Part shown: positions 50,620 to 63,590 of the stretch, piece by piece | Position numbering within the stretch: position 1 is the first letter of the stretch | How the letters are laid out: the number at the start of each line of letters is the position of its first letter | NCBI GenBank assembly: GCA_024679065.1 | Contig: JAGIQG010000002.1 | Span: 78,926,001 to 78,990,000 of the forward strand | Direction: 5' to 3' | Origin: Sphyrna mokarran | Taxonomy: Eukaryota | DNA: 64,000 bases | Notes under the pieces: generated by a model | Seen by the model: the letters and a program-made list of their open reading frames with translations, nothing else | The model's database searches: none | What the model was told of the DNA's origin: nothing | Translations under genes and position numbers: made by a program

Positions 50620-50890
50620 ATATGAGGCAGGCAAAGCATGTGCTTACATCTGATTCCATGGCTAGTTTTTCCTGGGATAGGTTGCTAGCAAGAGGTTACT
50701 GCTTGATAGGCATCACTCCATCCCAACATGGCTGACCAGAAGACTCTCCCATTCTTATTATCTGCCATAGGCATATCGGAAGGATTAATAGGTTGATGAT
50801 CAGTATGTTTGGTCACCCTCTTTGGCCATCAAGTACCAGAGCAGGACCTAAACTCAGAGCTTCTGATTCACAGGCAGAGATCACTACATT
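50620..50890 (-). mobile_element. Old tRNA-derived SINE
   Basis: Reverse complement head gtagtgatctctgcctgtgaatcagaagctctgagtttaggtcc. Confidence 0.45.
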
Positions 50891-51229
50891 TCAAGTTTTG
50901 TTTACATTTTTGAACATTCTATCTTGAATGGAACACTAAAACATTTGAAAGAATTAAACAAGCATGAAGGACTTGGCAACATAATGTGGAGAAACAGTTA
51001 TTCTTTTTAAATTGATTAAAAGAAAATGAGGGTGAGGCAAATTCAATTGTTTAAATACTCAGAGACATAGATATTGGTGGTGTTGCCATGATTGCTCTTT
51101 ATTTCTGCAAAACTGCTGACTGATATCAAAACCCCAGATCTGAAACATCAGCACCTTGAAGCTTACCTGTTTTTTCAATGCTTTCATTGCTAACCTGTCA
51201 ACATAGCTGCTCATAAATTACAATTCACA

Positions 51230-51710
51230 TAATATGCCCAGTCTTTTCTCTAATTCCATAATCCAAATCTACTCAGCCCCTCCAAATATCATTGGTTTTC
51301 TTTCCAGTAAAATTACTTTAGAATTCCCATTCTTACTTTCAACTTATCCCATAGTCCTACCCCATATCTGCAGTTTCCATCAGCCCTACATCCCCACATG
51401 CTTTGTGCTACTTTAATGCAAAGCTGTTCTTTGTGTCTTCCTTACTTTACATCACTGCTTGGCACTCATTCAACAATGATGTCTGCTGTACTCTCAAACT
51501 CCCTGTCTAGTTTGGACAGCCTTACCACCAGGTCCATTGCTTTCAAAACTAGCCTTCATAATCTTTCCTCCAAAGTCTCTTTCCCAAATTTAAATTTTTC
51601 CATTTCCTATTTCCTGCTTGCTCAACACTTAGCTTTCTTGTTTGTTGATGAGAAGCTCTTCAAATATTCTCAACATGAAGGAAACGTTTTGTGCAAATTC
51701 AAGTTGTATT
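51230..51710 (+). mobile_element. L2-like LINE 3' end, highly decayed
   Basis: Pyrimidine-rich 3' region ending aaattcaagttgt. Confidence 0.45.
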
Positions 51711-53159
51711 TTATTATTGTCCTGCAAGATGAAATGTTTCTATTTGTCTTAAAAGGCAATTTGACTTTTAAAATACCAAAATGAATGAGAAAATAAAAAT
51801 ACCTCAATTAGATCAATCCACACTTCTCAGGAAAGAGGAGATTTCTTTGAGGTAAGAACAGAAAATTTGCTGAATGAAGCCTTATACGTTCTGAGACTCA
51901 TTCAGTTTCAATATATTTAGGACAATATACACAGGCAAAAGCAATGACTCATAGGAACTCGATTGCACCAACAGGGTCATTGTTTGTCCTTGCTTTGAGA
52001 GATTCAGGAACAAAAGCTACGCAACTTGTTGGCAAGTACCCTGCCAAATTCAAGCATGTGCAGGATTTATACAGCGTTGGCACAAGGGGGAAGTGGCACT
52101 GTAATGCCAAATTGGAAGGGAATGCCTCCAAATCTTTGATAGGAAAGTAAGAACAGGGGAAGTAATCTTACTGCTGTCAACTTCCACTCTTGTGTCGTAA
52201 AGGGGAATATAAAGGAGGCACAGATGTACTGCTCAACTACTAAAGGAAGGGTTGTTGACACAGGTCACAGGAAGAAGGCAACGGGGGATAGCATTTTGGA
52301 ATCAAAATATATCATCAACAACAATTGTCACATGAATGAAATCAGCAAAATTGACCAGCTGGCAGGTAATCATTATCATGCATACTAAATATTGAAAATT
52401 TGGCAAAAAAGTCAAGTTTCCACCTGCTTTACCATTGCTGCAGGGGTCCGTCACGGACGAGTGGCAGAAGGAAACTGAAGCACTATGATTTCCAACTGTT
52501 TTGGCAAAGTCCCTGATTATATCATCCAGGGGTTACACCTACTTGACTTGTGGCAAGGCACTCCTACCCTTTTATCTTCAGAACAGAAACAGCTGATAAA
52601 AACTAAATTGTGTGGAAAGAAAGTGGCATGGTGCAAACCTTGCAAAACAGTCCTGTGCACATTTTCCTCTTGTTTGTTATCTTAAGTACCTTTGTGCACA
52701 TTTATATTGTGGGATTTCAGTTTCCAACAAATGTCACAGTGGGCGCTGATTGATAATTTGTGAATTCTAATCATGTATAGATTATTGGCTTGCAAATGCT
52801 TTACATTCTTTTCTCTATTTGCCCGAACTGCCTGTTATGAACCCAGTCCCAATGTATTAATTTTGGACCAAAGGAGATGAATCAGCTGGTAAAAGAAACA
52901 GTTACCTAGTCATAAAAATAAAAGGCAAATAGTGCACAGTTTACTAAAGAGCGTTGCCAATTATAGTCCTCTCCATATCAGCACAAGTAGCACCATGCAA
53001 TCTTTTTTAATACTATAATTAATCTTTTTCCTGGCAATAGCAAGATTGCATAAATAATCAGGTCGCATTAAAAAACAGAAGGAAACATTGGCTACGAAAA
53101 GATTTTACCCTTGATATGAAAAGTAGTGGCCTTAAATGTTCATGATATTAGACAGTGAA

Positions 53160-54530
53160 GCATTGTGGTCACTAACTGGAATAGTAGCACAGTGCTTCGG
53201 TTGCTAGACTGCCTGCACAAATGATTGAGATTCATTAGTTCAAATCCCATTGATTAAGTTAACTTAAGTAAATGAATCTGGACTAAAAGGTTCTTATCTC
53301 TAATAGTGGCCATGCAGTGACTAGATTGCCCTAAAAAAACATTTTGTCCCCAAATATCCCTTAGAGAAGAGAACCTGTTTTGTTGCTTGGCCTACATGTC
53401 ATTCCAGATCCATAGAAGTCCATTTGAGGTTTAACCATTTTAATAGTCCATTTGATGGTTTAACAAGCTACTCAGTTGTGTCAAATCATAACAAATAAGT
53501 AATAAAAATAAAACTTATCAGACCTCTAGTATCAACCTAGGCACAGGATTTGGATGTGACAAAGGAAGCCCATTTGATTTGCAAAGATCTAGTTAGTAAC
53601 ATCTGGGATTTGTGCAAACATTGAGAGAGGTTTTCCAAAGGTTAGTCCAACAACAACTCTTCTGTTATACTCATAGAATTAGACCTTTTGGACTCAGCTA
53701 CAGACTCCCATCTCTTTCAAGGCCTCCCAAAACATTGCAGCATAGTGACATACAGTCAGGATAGAGTGGTCCTGGAATGGAATGGAAGTCCTCAACATTG
53801 ACTCTGTATGCCAGGAAGTCTCAGGCATCAAGTTAAACATGGTTGAAGAAGTCTCCTGCTGATTACCAACTCCATTCTCCTTGATCTGATGAATGAATAT
53901 TCATCATTGAGAAGAAGCACTGAGAGTGGCAAGGACATAGTGTGTAGTTTGGGAAAGAACTTCAATGTACATTGCCAAGAGTGATTTGCTAGCACAACAA
54001 TGCAGAGACCATGCCAGGGGCAGCAACAGCCAAATCTAAAAATGAGATGCCATTCTATTAAAGCAGGACTACATTAGTGCAGTGGTTAGCATGGCTGCCT
54101 CACAGTGCCTAGGTTCGATTCCTGGTTTGGCTCACTGTCTATGTGAAGTTTGCACATTCTCCGTGTCTGCATAGGTTTCCTCTGGGTGGTCTGGTTTCAT
54201 CCCACAGTTCAAAGATGTGCAAGTTAGGTGCATTGGCCATGCTAAATTCTTCGTCAGTGTACCCGAACAGGCACTGAGTGTGGCGACTAGGAGATTTTCA
54301 CAGTAACTTCATTACATTGTGAAAGGAAGCCTATTTTTGACTAATGAAATAAACTGTCAGTTTAAACAGAGAAAGCAGCAAGTTTTAGACAGAACTAAGT
54401 GATACCATAAGGAATGGATAAAAAAAATCAAAGCCCTGCAATCCTGCCACATCCAATTGTGAATATTAGTGGACAATTAAATAATTAAGAGGAGGAGGAG
54501 ATTTCAATGGCATCTTTATCTCCAATGATT
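53160..54530 (+). mobile_element. APE-endonuclease LINE relic whose 5' end matches SINE family 2
   Basis: SINE-2-like 53160-53475, then SNIW..RLVQQQ..VILIE and FNVHCQE (GDFN-like) motifs; continues after the SINE at 54355. Confidence 0.6.
54075..54355 (+). mobile_element. V-SINE with alternative tail
   Basis: Head, V-domain and gattttcacagtaacttcatt tail. Confidence 0.9.
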
Positions 54531-54909
54531 TCAGCACATGGGTACAAAAGAAAAGGCCAATGGGGGCAGGGCCTAAGGCTGACTTCATAGCAGGGGGCTT
54601 GCTTCATGTGGGCAGGAGAGGACAATGGGAAGTGGGGGTGGGGATGCTGGTAAATGTAGAGGGAGGGGGTTGGGTGCATCTGATGCTGGCAATTAGAGGG
54701 TGAGATCTTTAATGCTGATTTGAGATCAGCGTGCTCTTAAAGGTGCTGGTGATGTTATTAAGCTGCACTTCTCACAATGACTTCACAAAACATGCCCCAC
54801 TGCTTTAAAACGACAAGGTGTGGGAAAATTTGGACGCAAAACCTGCCTGTTAATCTGATTTTCAGTCTAAACCTGACACCATGCCATTTTCTGGGAAGAT
54901 TCCATCCTA

Positions 54910-55075
54910 AGTGGTAAATGTTGAAAGTGTATTGGAAGAATACTTTGTAAAGAAAAGATTTTATGGCTTTGGGAAAGAGCAAGGGAATAGATCTAATTGG
55001 GTAGCTTTTTCAAAGAGTCAGCATTGTTACGATGGACTGAATGATCTCCTTCTATGCTGTATAATTCAATGACAG
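54910..55075 (+). mobile_element. CR1 3'UTR fragment
   Basis: gggtagctttttcaaagag then gatggactgaatgatctccttctatgctgta. Confidence 0.6.
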
Positions 55076-58000
55076 GTAAATTGTGAAGCATAAGGTCCTA
55101 CTAGCAGCAAATAGAAAGATGACAATTTGTCTTGTTTTGGTAAGCTAGTTAATGGAGTTCAGTTGGCGAGATTGTGGAAGAATTCTTTTCTCATAATTAA
55201 ATAATGCTTTGGCTCTTTTAAGTCCTCAACAGTGCTTCGATTTAGCAAAGCATACAAAAAAAAGGCACCTTCTACTATGCAATACACTCTTGGTATTGCA
55301 TTGAAGGGTTTTTGGGGATTAATTTTGTAATATTCTAACACTGAGGCAAGATTGGCTTCAGCTGACACTGGTAAACAAGCAGAAAGAGAATTGTTAGAAT
55401 TATTTGCAGCACTCTGAAACCAAATATTTTCAATTAAAATTATGGCTATGCTTGCAGTTTGGAAATTTAATCTTTATTGCGTAAACACAGTTAGAATGAT
55501 ATTTCCACTTCTGTGTATATTATTTGCTTATTACCAAACCATCTATTTAGCCTACTCAAAATTGAAAAGGAAATGTATTTCTTTGCAAAGCATAGAGATA
55601 TTTGTTATCTGAATATATCACTGAAATATATTACTAACTGGGTTAGTTTCAAAAATTTAATAATGCATAGTTTTAAAAAGTAGCTCCCATCAGTTCAATG
55701 AAATATTTAATCATTGTGCACAGTTGCTAACAACATGGCCTGAGACCAGCATTAATTTCTTTGTCACAAGAATCTTATAGCACATAGGACGACCATTTGG
55801 CCCTTCAAAACTACACTTAGTTAAAAATACACAGTGGTCTTAGCAAATGAAATGTCAGGACTCCTACTGTCTTAATGTGAAGGATTTGGGCAAGAAAAGA
55901 CTCAGCAATTGGAAACACACACAGTTTTAACCTTATTTGCATACATATTATATCTTTTACATTGACAAGTAGCAGGAACAACGAAAGTTGATTGACCATA
56001 GGGAATTCCCAGAAAGCAGCCATAACATCATATAATTTACAAGCTAAATTAAAATAATTTGATCTTTGACAGGAAGAAATGTCAAACAGTAGGCAGTCCA
56101 CTACAAAATATGGTACACAGCATCTGAATTCGAACTAATTCATGTCAGTCATATCTTTATACATATTTTAAGTACGTTTCATGCAAGGTATGATAAATAT
56201 GCAATCTAATGCCTCCTGTGGTTAAGTTAAAAGGGTCTGGGGTCTCCTAAACTAACTGAGATTACTTAAATAAGAAGAAAAAATAGTGTGGGATAGCAGC
56301 GACTGGGTAGGACTTCCATTAACACCCACTATTGAACTCAGCAGGTAATTTTCTGCTGTAATTATTTGACTAAGCCTCGGTTTCTCAAAATCTACTTTAC
56401 TGGATTAAAAAAAATCTAAATGCATCACTGCATTATTAAAGTTAAAAGAAGCAGTAATATTTTTATAACATTTATGAGTATGTTGGAAATACAAATATTC
56501 ACATTTGTCAAAGCCTTCAACCTGCTCTTTAGAATTTCTGGATGACAATTTGTTGTTGGGTTGCTGCAGGCATTTTCCACTCATACTGATAAGAAATAAC
56601 ACTTTTCTATAGTATTAGTTGTCCCCATTGCTTTGCTGCTTCTGACGCTCTGAAGTGATAATAAATGTTGAAATGGCTTCATTTGTTGTATGGTTTCGTA
56701 AAGTTTATTTGAAATCTTTTAAATCATTCCATTTTCGTAGTCTTTGATGGTTCCTGAAAGGTAACTTGGCCATTCCTCTGAGATTTCCTCAGCATTCAAA
56801 ATAGACATATTTCCTTTAAATTAATTCAGGCAAATATATACAAATGAAAAAAAAACTTCTTTTCTACATGGACATAAATAACAGGCCAAATGGGGAGCAA
56901 AGACAAAAATCAGTCCAGATGAATATTGTTACAATCCCTGTAGGGTCCAATAACTTTTTGACAAGAAAGGAATTCCACACACCAATGGAAAGAAACTTTC
57001 TGGACTAGATTTGGCTTAATTTTTTTTACTGTAATAGCCCAACTAAAGTCAACATAATTCAAACATTAATTAATAGCTGAAGGATATTTCAAATAAAAAG
57101 ATAAATTTTATTTTGAAGTATCGATACAACAAAGATATGCCTCATGTAGTTACAAGCACTCGTATTAGTTTTTGCACCTGTGTGGAACACACAGCCTCCA
57201 CAACTTAGCCTCCACGACATAAGGTCTCTCACTTTCCACTCAATCATTTCAACCCTTGATTTCATCTTCACCATTCCAACTCAACTTCCAGGATATGATT
57301 ACCACTGACAAGGCACACATCTATTCCATAAATCTTTATCACTCAGGTCACAACTGTCCCGACGATATAGAGACTCCTTTTTCCGATCTGTTTAGATGAT
57401 CTGCTTGGTTCTCGCAACACTGAAAGAGCAGCAATGGGCCCTATCCAATCCACAATCTACTGCTCTTTGTGTCTTTAGTGCTCTGCTCTTTCTAATTGTA
57501 CAATACAGAGTAACATAGTCTCTACACTATTCTCAGGGACCTGCTACATCACCCGGATATGTTCAAAGACTGCCAAACAGAAAACTGTTCCATTTGGAGA
57601 GAATCTTGCTTATTTCTGCTTTACACAAATTCTCAGTGAATTCTGAACTGCCAAACAGAAAACATTTTGAGACCCAACCTTACTGCAATTAGTTTTCTAT
57701 TAGTCTTTTGCTTTTTAGCTGCTCAACCCCATGGCAACCTGAGGTCACATGGGCATTTCTTGGAATCTAATCATGTTATAATAAGGAAACCAATGAATTC
57801 TCTTCCAGAATACAGCCATACCCATTCTAGTTTTAAGAGACATTGTACATAAGAAAATAAAGGCTTTCCCTATTTTATATGTCTGCGATGATACATCACT
57901 TCCAATAATGGAGACTGCCTGATTATTGGTTAACTTAAATACATTGAAAAATAAATCAGGCAAACTTCTGTTATGCCTGATTTTCTCTGTGAGATCCACC

Positions 58001-58404
58001 AAGACAATTACTTGTGTCTCAGAACAAAAATGTAAAATCTGCTGTATTTTGTGGAAGCATTTGGGTTTGATTATTCTTTGCAAAAAAAAGCCTGTAAAAA
58101 GTAACCTGGATAGAATTTGCTTGAAGTTACACACACTCCCAGGTCACAGCACCAACGTAGCAATAAATTGCACAGCCAGCTAATTTAAATACTCAGAGTA
58201 AGTGTAGGCAGTTTAAATAGAGTCCACAAAGCTCAAAAGCAGGGCTAGAGAGGGAAGTTGAAGAGGCCCGAGACATGGGGAGGAGAAGTGGCACAATGTA
58301 AAACTATGTAGACAAAAGAGATTTGATGCAGCTGCAGAAGATTAAGTCACTGATTCCTGTGAGGTGTATGATAAAATTACATGGCAACACCAGAGCAGCC
58401 AAAT

Positions 58405-58882
58405 GAAGTTAAGAGCATAAGTAGAAGTAAGCCATTCGGCCCATTGATCTGCTCTGTTGTTCAATGAGACTATGACTGATTTGATGTGATAATCCTTATC
58501 CCCACTTTCCTGCCACATCCCCATAACCCTTGATTCTTTCACAGATAAAATTTTTTTTTATCTCAGCCTCCAACATGCATTATGACCTAGGCTCTACAGT
58601 CTCTGCAGTAAAGAATTTCTGCAGAGGAATTCACTACCCTCTGAGAGAAGGGATGCATCTGCATTTTGTTCTTAAATGGGCTACCCCTTACTCGAGATTG
58701 CACAGCCAGCTAATTTAAATACTCAGAGTAAGTGTAGGCAGTTTAAGAGAAAACAACCTGGCAGCATGTATCTTGTCAAGCCACCTGTGAATCCTACATG
58801 TCTCAGTAAGTTCACCTCTCATTCTTTTAAACTCCAATGTGTACAGGCCCAACCTACTCAACCCGTTCTCAGAAGAAAATTT
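58405..58882 (-). mobile_element. CR1 3' fragment containing a 50-bp locally copied insert
   Basis: agaagtaagccattcggcccattga, gaattcactaccctctgagagaag, ttctcagaagaaaa. Confidence 0.85.
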
Positions 58883-59364
58883 GACAAATTTGGGGAGCTA
58901 TTGGGAGCAGGCCTGCATTGTTGTGCAAATTCTTTATTTGTAAATAGCTGCTTCTCATTGAATAAATCTTCTCGTTTTATACCTGCCATATCAAGTCGAC
59001 TCAAGTTATTACACTGACAATGAGGACAAACTAGATCAGTCATTGAAAGCCTGCAGTGCAGAGTTAGAGAGGGAAGGGAGTGATCACTCAAAGTATAAAG
59101 GAGAAAAGGAACAGACTCTGTTTCAAAAATGCCAATATTCAGGAAAATAGTGCCATGCAATCCTGCAGTTGAAAGTTGAAGGGGAAGTGAATTGAGAAGC
59201 TGCGTTTATTTAGTGGAAAACAAAATAACAACTAAGGTAAAACTAAGCGTGATACTGCTCACCATCTGTGGTTCACAAACGTACCGTCTAGTGAGGAGTT
59301 CGATGTCACCCAAAGCTCCAGCCACAAGAAATTTGACCAGCTAGTCAGTTTAGTTAAGGATCAT

Positions 59365-59633
59365 GGGGGTGGCATGGTAGCACAGGATGCTGCACAGCAC
59401 CAGGGATTCGGGTTCAATTCCCGGCTTACGTCACTATCTGCATGGAGTTTGCACATTCTCCCCTTGTTGGTGTGGGTTTCCTCCGGATGCTCCAGTTTCC
59501 TCCAACATTCTGAAAGACGTGGGCATTGACCCGAACAGGTGTGGACTGTGACTACTAGGGGAATTTCACAGTAACTTCATTGCAGTGTTAATGTAAGCCT
59601 TACTTATGACTAATAGATAAACTTTAAAAACTT
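59365..59633 (+). mobile_element. V-SINE with alternative tail, inserted in Gypsy gag
   Basis: Removal restores gtt aag gat cat tat aac cct (VKDHYNP). Confidence 0.9.
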
Positions 59634-62600
59634 TATAACCCTTGACCTTTGTTTATCATGCAGAGATGCAAATTTCCTGCTGCCGTTAGGGAAACAGTCC
59701 TCAGCTTCATGGCCAAACTTTGATGACTGGTTGAGCACTGAGAGTTTGCGCCTTCCTGGGGAAATATGCTGAGGGCTGGTTTGGTTTTGGGATCTAAAAC
59801 CTCAACAATCAAAAGAAACTGCTTGCTGAAACTACAATTCCACTAGAAAAAAAATGGTCTAAATGACTGAGTGCACTGAGGAAGGTGTTTGCGAGCTGCA
59901 AGGCATGCAGACTGCAGTTGTGGCGGGAAATGGCTGCTTCTAGGAACAGCCTGAGTGAGGGCGCAGTGGGGCCTGAGGAGATAAAGATGAATCATTCAGC
60001 ACCAGGGTCTGAGGCATGGTTTTGGTGTAGAGGAGACCACCCCCAAGAGACATGCCAACGCAATGGAAAATGGAGAGTGAAGCAAGCTGCACAGAACATT
60101 CCAAAACGAAAGGGAACAATGAATAAAACCCAAGTGGATAAGCTGGTGGAGGAACCAAAGGACGGATCCAAGGCTTACACATTCAACAAGATTCCTACTT
60201 GGCTAGAAACCATGAAGGTTGTTTTAATGGTCAATGACTGGACCCTGAAAATAGAAGTCGATACGGTGCAGCAGCCACTATCATAGGAAAAAACATGTAC
60301 AAAAGGGTCTGCAATCCTTAAGTCTTGGCCATTCTGGTGACATCCTCTTGAGACATGCTGAAATAGTGGGAACAATGTCGGTGCCTGTATCCTATATGAA
60401 TCAATCAACTTAGCTCTCCATCATGAAGATTGAAGGACAGATGTCTGGTCTTATGGGACAGGATCATTAAAACAAATAAAACTGAACTGGCTGGAAATAC
60501 TTAAAGTTCAGAGTGGGCCATTCCAAAAGCTCCTATGCAAATATCAGGGGGTGTTCCAGACAGAATTTGGTCAGATAAAAGGGGTCTCCCCCACTGAACA
60601 CTGAACCATTTACCTAAACACTGAAGTCACATTACGTTTTTCTGAGCTTGTCCAGTGCCCAGAAAGTGAAGGTTGAACTGAAGAGACTGAAAGACTTGGG
60701 TATTATTAAGCTTGTGCAGTTTTCCAGATGGGCATGTACATTGTTCCTGTCCTGAAACTGGACCACACAATGAGAATCTATGGGGACCAAAAACTAACAG
60801 TAAGCTCAGCTGAATCATTATCACATTCCAAGGACAGAAAGATCTCTATGCTAGTCAGTAGGGAGCCTCAGATATTCAAAGCCAGACCCAAGTCTTGCTT
60901 ATTAACAGCTTGGAAAAAGACCCCAGGAAGTTCATTACAATAAATAACCACAAGGGTTTAAGTCAGTACAATCATTTTCCATTTGATGTTTCATAAGTTT
61001 GCACCATTTTTCAATGCAACATGGACAGTCTGTTACAAGGAATACCCAAAGCGGTAGTATACTTGGACAATGTCTTTGTTACGGATGTTTGACCTGAAGA
61101 ATATGCTGCAAATATGGAGGAGATCCTCAAGAGGCAGCAGTGCTAACCACTGTGCCACTACGCTGCCAAAAGGTTAGGTTCCTGGTTTCAAATTGGATGC
61201 AAAGACATTGCAGCCCCTCAAAGACAAGTTCAAAGTTATTAAAGGAGTGCCTGCACCTCGGAATGTGACAGAACTGAAGTCCTTCCTAGGAATAGTCATT
61301 TACTATGGGAGGTTCCTGCTGAATGCATCAACAAATCTGGCCTCCCTAAATCATCTTTCAAATAAAACATCAACACTGTAATTGGGGAGAAATGCATAAA
61401 GAGGCTTTGTCCAAGTAAAACAAGCTTTACAGTCATTGACATTGCTCACTCACTTCAACCCACTTAGTAGTTAGTTGTGATGCTTCACCATACAAAACTG
61501 GAGTAGCTTTATCCCATAGAATGGCAGATGGAATGGACAGACCATTTGTCAGATGCTAAGGAAGATACTCACAAATTGTTAAAGAAAGCCTATCGCTTAT
61601 CTTTGCTATGAATAAATTTCATCAGTACATCTATGGATGCCACTTCACAATCATGTCAGACCATAAGCCATTGTTGGGGGTTATCCGTGAGGATAAATCA
61701 ATGCACCCTATTGCCTCAGCCAGGGTACAGAGATGGGTCTTGCTGCTGGCAGCATACAGCTATACCTTCCAGCATAGGTAGAAAACACAGATCTCAGATG
61801 AAGATGCACTTAGCTGCCTCCCACTGACCATACCTTCACCATCTATTCTGCCAGAGATAGTCCAAGTATCAGTCAGCACCTTTTGCTTGACCTTTGACAA
61901 CAATGGGGCCCTAATTGTCCACGACTTAATTGCTTTGCACTTCCTGGACACTTAGCCTGCCTCGGCAGCCCACATTAAGTTGTGGACAGATAGGGACACA
62001 TTATTACCAAAGGTCAATAAAATGGTGTTGGCAGGATGCCCACTTTGAAAAGGCAGAGCACATGAAGCTGTATTTGCCATGCAGGGTCAAGATAACCTTT
62101 GAAAATGGAGTGCTATTGTGGAAGGCTTGTGTCATCATGCTACCTCCAGTATGATTGCACCCACCCCCACCAAGAGCTAAAATATTAACCAGTTGCTACC
62201 TACATATAGTGACCTGGTATTGATAGAGAAATTGAACAAATCGTGGGGCACTGTGAAAGTTTTCAGACCCAGCAAATGTTACCACCAATGGTGATCTTGC
62301 ACAACCTGGGAATGGCTGCACTGTCTGTAGTGCTGGCTTCAGACAGATATAATTGGGCCTTTTTTGGGGCATGTTCTTGACTCTAGTAGATGCTCATTCC
62401 AAGTGACTGGATGTTCAGCCCTTGCTACATCTACTATTGATAAATTGGGGAAGATTTTCATTATCCATGATCTTCCCAAAGTATTGGCATCAGACAATGG
62501 AACAGCTTTCACAGCTGACAAATTTTAGACTTTTGTCAAGTCCGATGGCATTCATCATGTCAGGTCAGCTTCTTACTATTTGGCCTCAAATGGGTTGGCA

Positions 62601-63324
62601 GAGTGAGTTGTGCAAACATTCAAGACTTCTGTGAAGAAGCAGGCTCATTGGTCATTGCCATTGTAATTGGCAAGATTTTTGCTATCCTACAACACTATTC
62701 CATATGCCACTAGAGGGATCATGCCTGCAGAATTGCTAATGGACCAATGCCTGCATAACCATTTAGACTTGGTGTTCCCAAATTTACTAGGGAGCATTAG
62801 GGCTAAAAAGCACACTATGACTCTCAGAAAGTGGACAACCTAGTTTTGGCAAGGAATTTTGATGCTAGGGAAGATAGTGGTGAAAACAGGGCCAGTTTTG
62901 TAGGTGGTGGAGGCACAGGGTTGTCAAGTGAAGAAGCATGTTGACAAATGTACAAAAGGGTAGACGCAGCTCCAGGAGACAAGCAAGTAGGTCTTGTATT
63001 TGTTTCAGGTTCTGACCTTGAAGTCTCAACACCCAGAGTTAGACTAAGGGAGCCTCTGATTTTGGTTGCAAGGCAGAATGGGCCAACAACAGAAATAGCT
63101 AATTCATCTGCTCCTTTAATGGATTCTGTTTCTTTGACTGCTGAGCAGACACTGGCAGAGTCGCTGGGTTCCACAAGGGTCCAAAAGTCTCCGAACAGAT
63201 TGACATTATAAACTAACCTCTCCCTGGTGTTCCCACTGCAATATTGTCGTCTGCACATCTATGTGTATAACTATTCTTCTCTTTGATTGCATTGGTGTTG
63301 CTCAAAGACTTAAGGAGGAAGAAG

Positions 63325-63590
63325 TGTGGTAGCGTGGCCCCTTTAAGAGATGATCTTTTGCAGCCACATGACTCGACTGGAACCAATAGAGCACGAGTGC
63401 CCAAACCTCAGCCGATCGAGAATGTGGCCCACATATCTCCGGGGTTGGAAGTCAGCAGAGCAAGTTGGGGAATTGTTGGGTGCAGAGCTGTGTTACTATG
63501 TTGCAAATCCTTTAGTTGTAAATAGTTGCTTCGCATTGAATAGATCTTGTTTTACAGCTGCCATATCAAGTCGCCTAGAGTTATCTGACA
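63325..63590 (+). repeat. 3' LTR of the Gypsy element
   Basis: TG...CA after the PPT; 63465-63585 is similar to 58890-59013. Confidence 0.85.

Larger units (their letters stand above)
58885..63590 (+). mobile_element. Gypsy LTR retrotransposon, near full length, decayed
   Basis: Partial 5' LTR ending ttattaca at ~59013 with PBS-like ctgacaatgagga; protease LKIEVDT; RT VVYLDNV and PRNVTELKSFLGIVIYYGRF; RNase H CDASPY; integrase LASDNGTAFT; PPT aaggaggaagaag at 63312-63324. Confidence 0.92.

Noticed and set aside
52446-52458. Palindrome gtccgt-c-acggac
   Set aside because: Too short to interpret
56927-57895. Possible solo LTR (TGTTACA..TGATACA, internal repeat ctgccaaacagaaaac)
   Set aside because: No TSD, PBS, PPT or second copy to confirm the boundaries
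62824-63258. 144-aa minus-strand ORF
   Set aside because: Antisense to the Gypsy integrase tail
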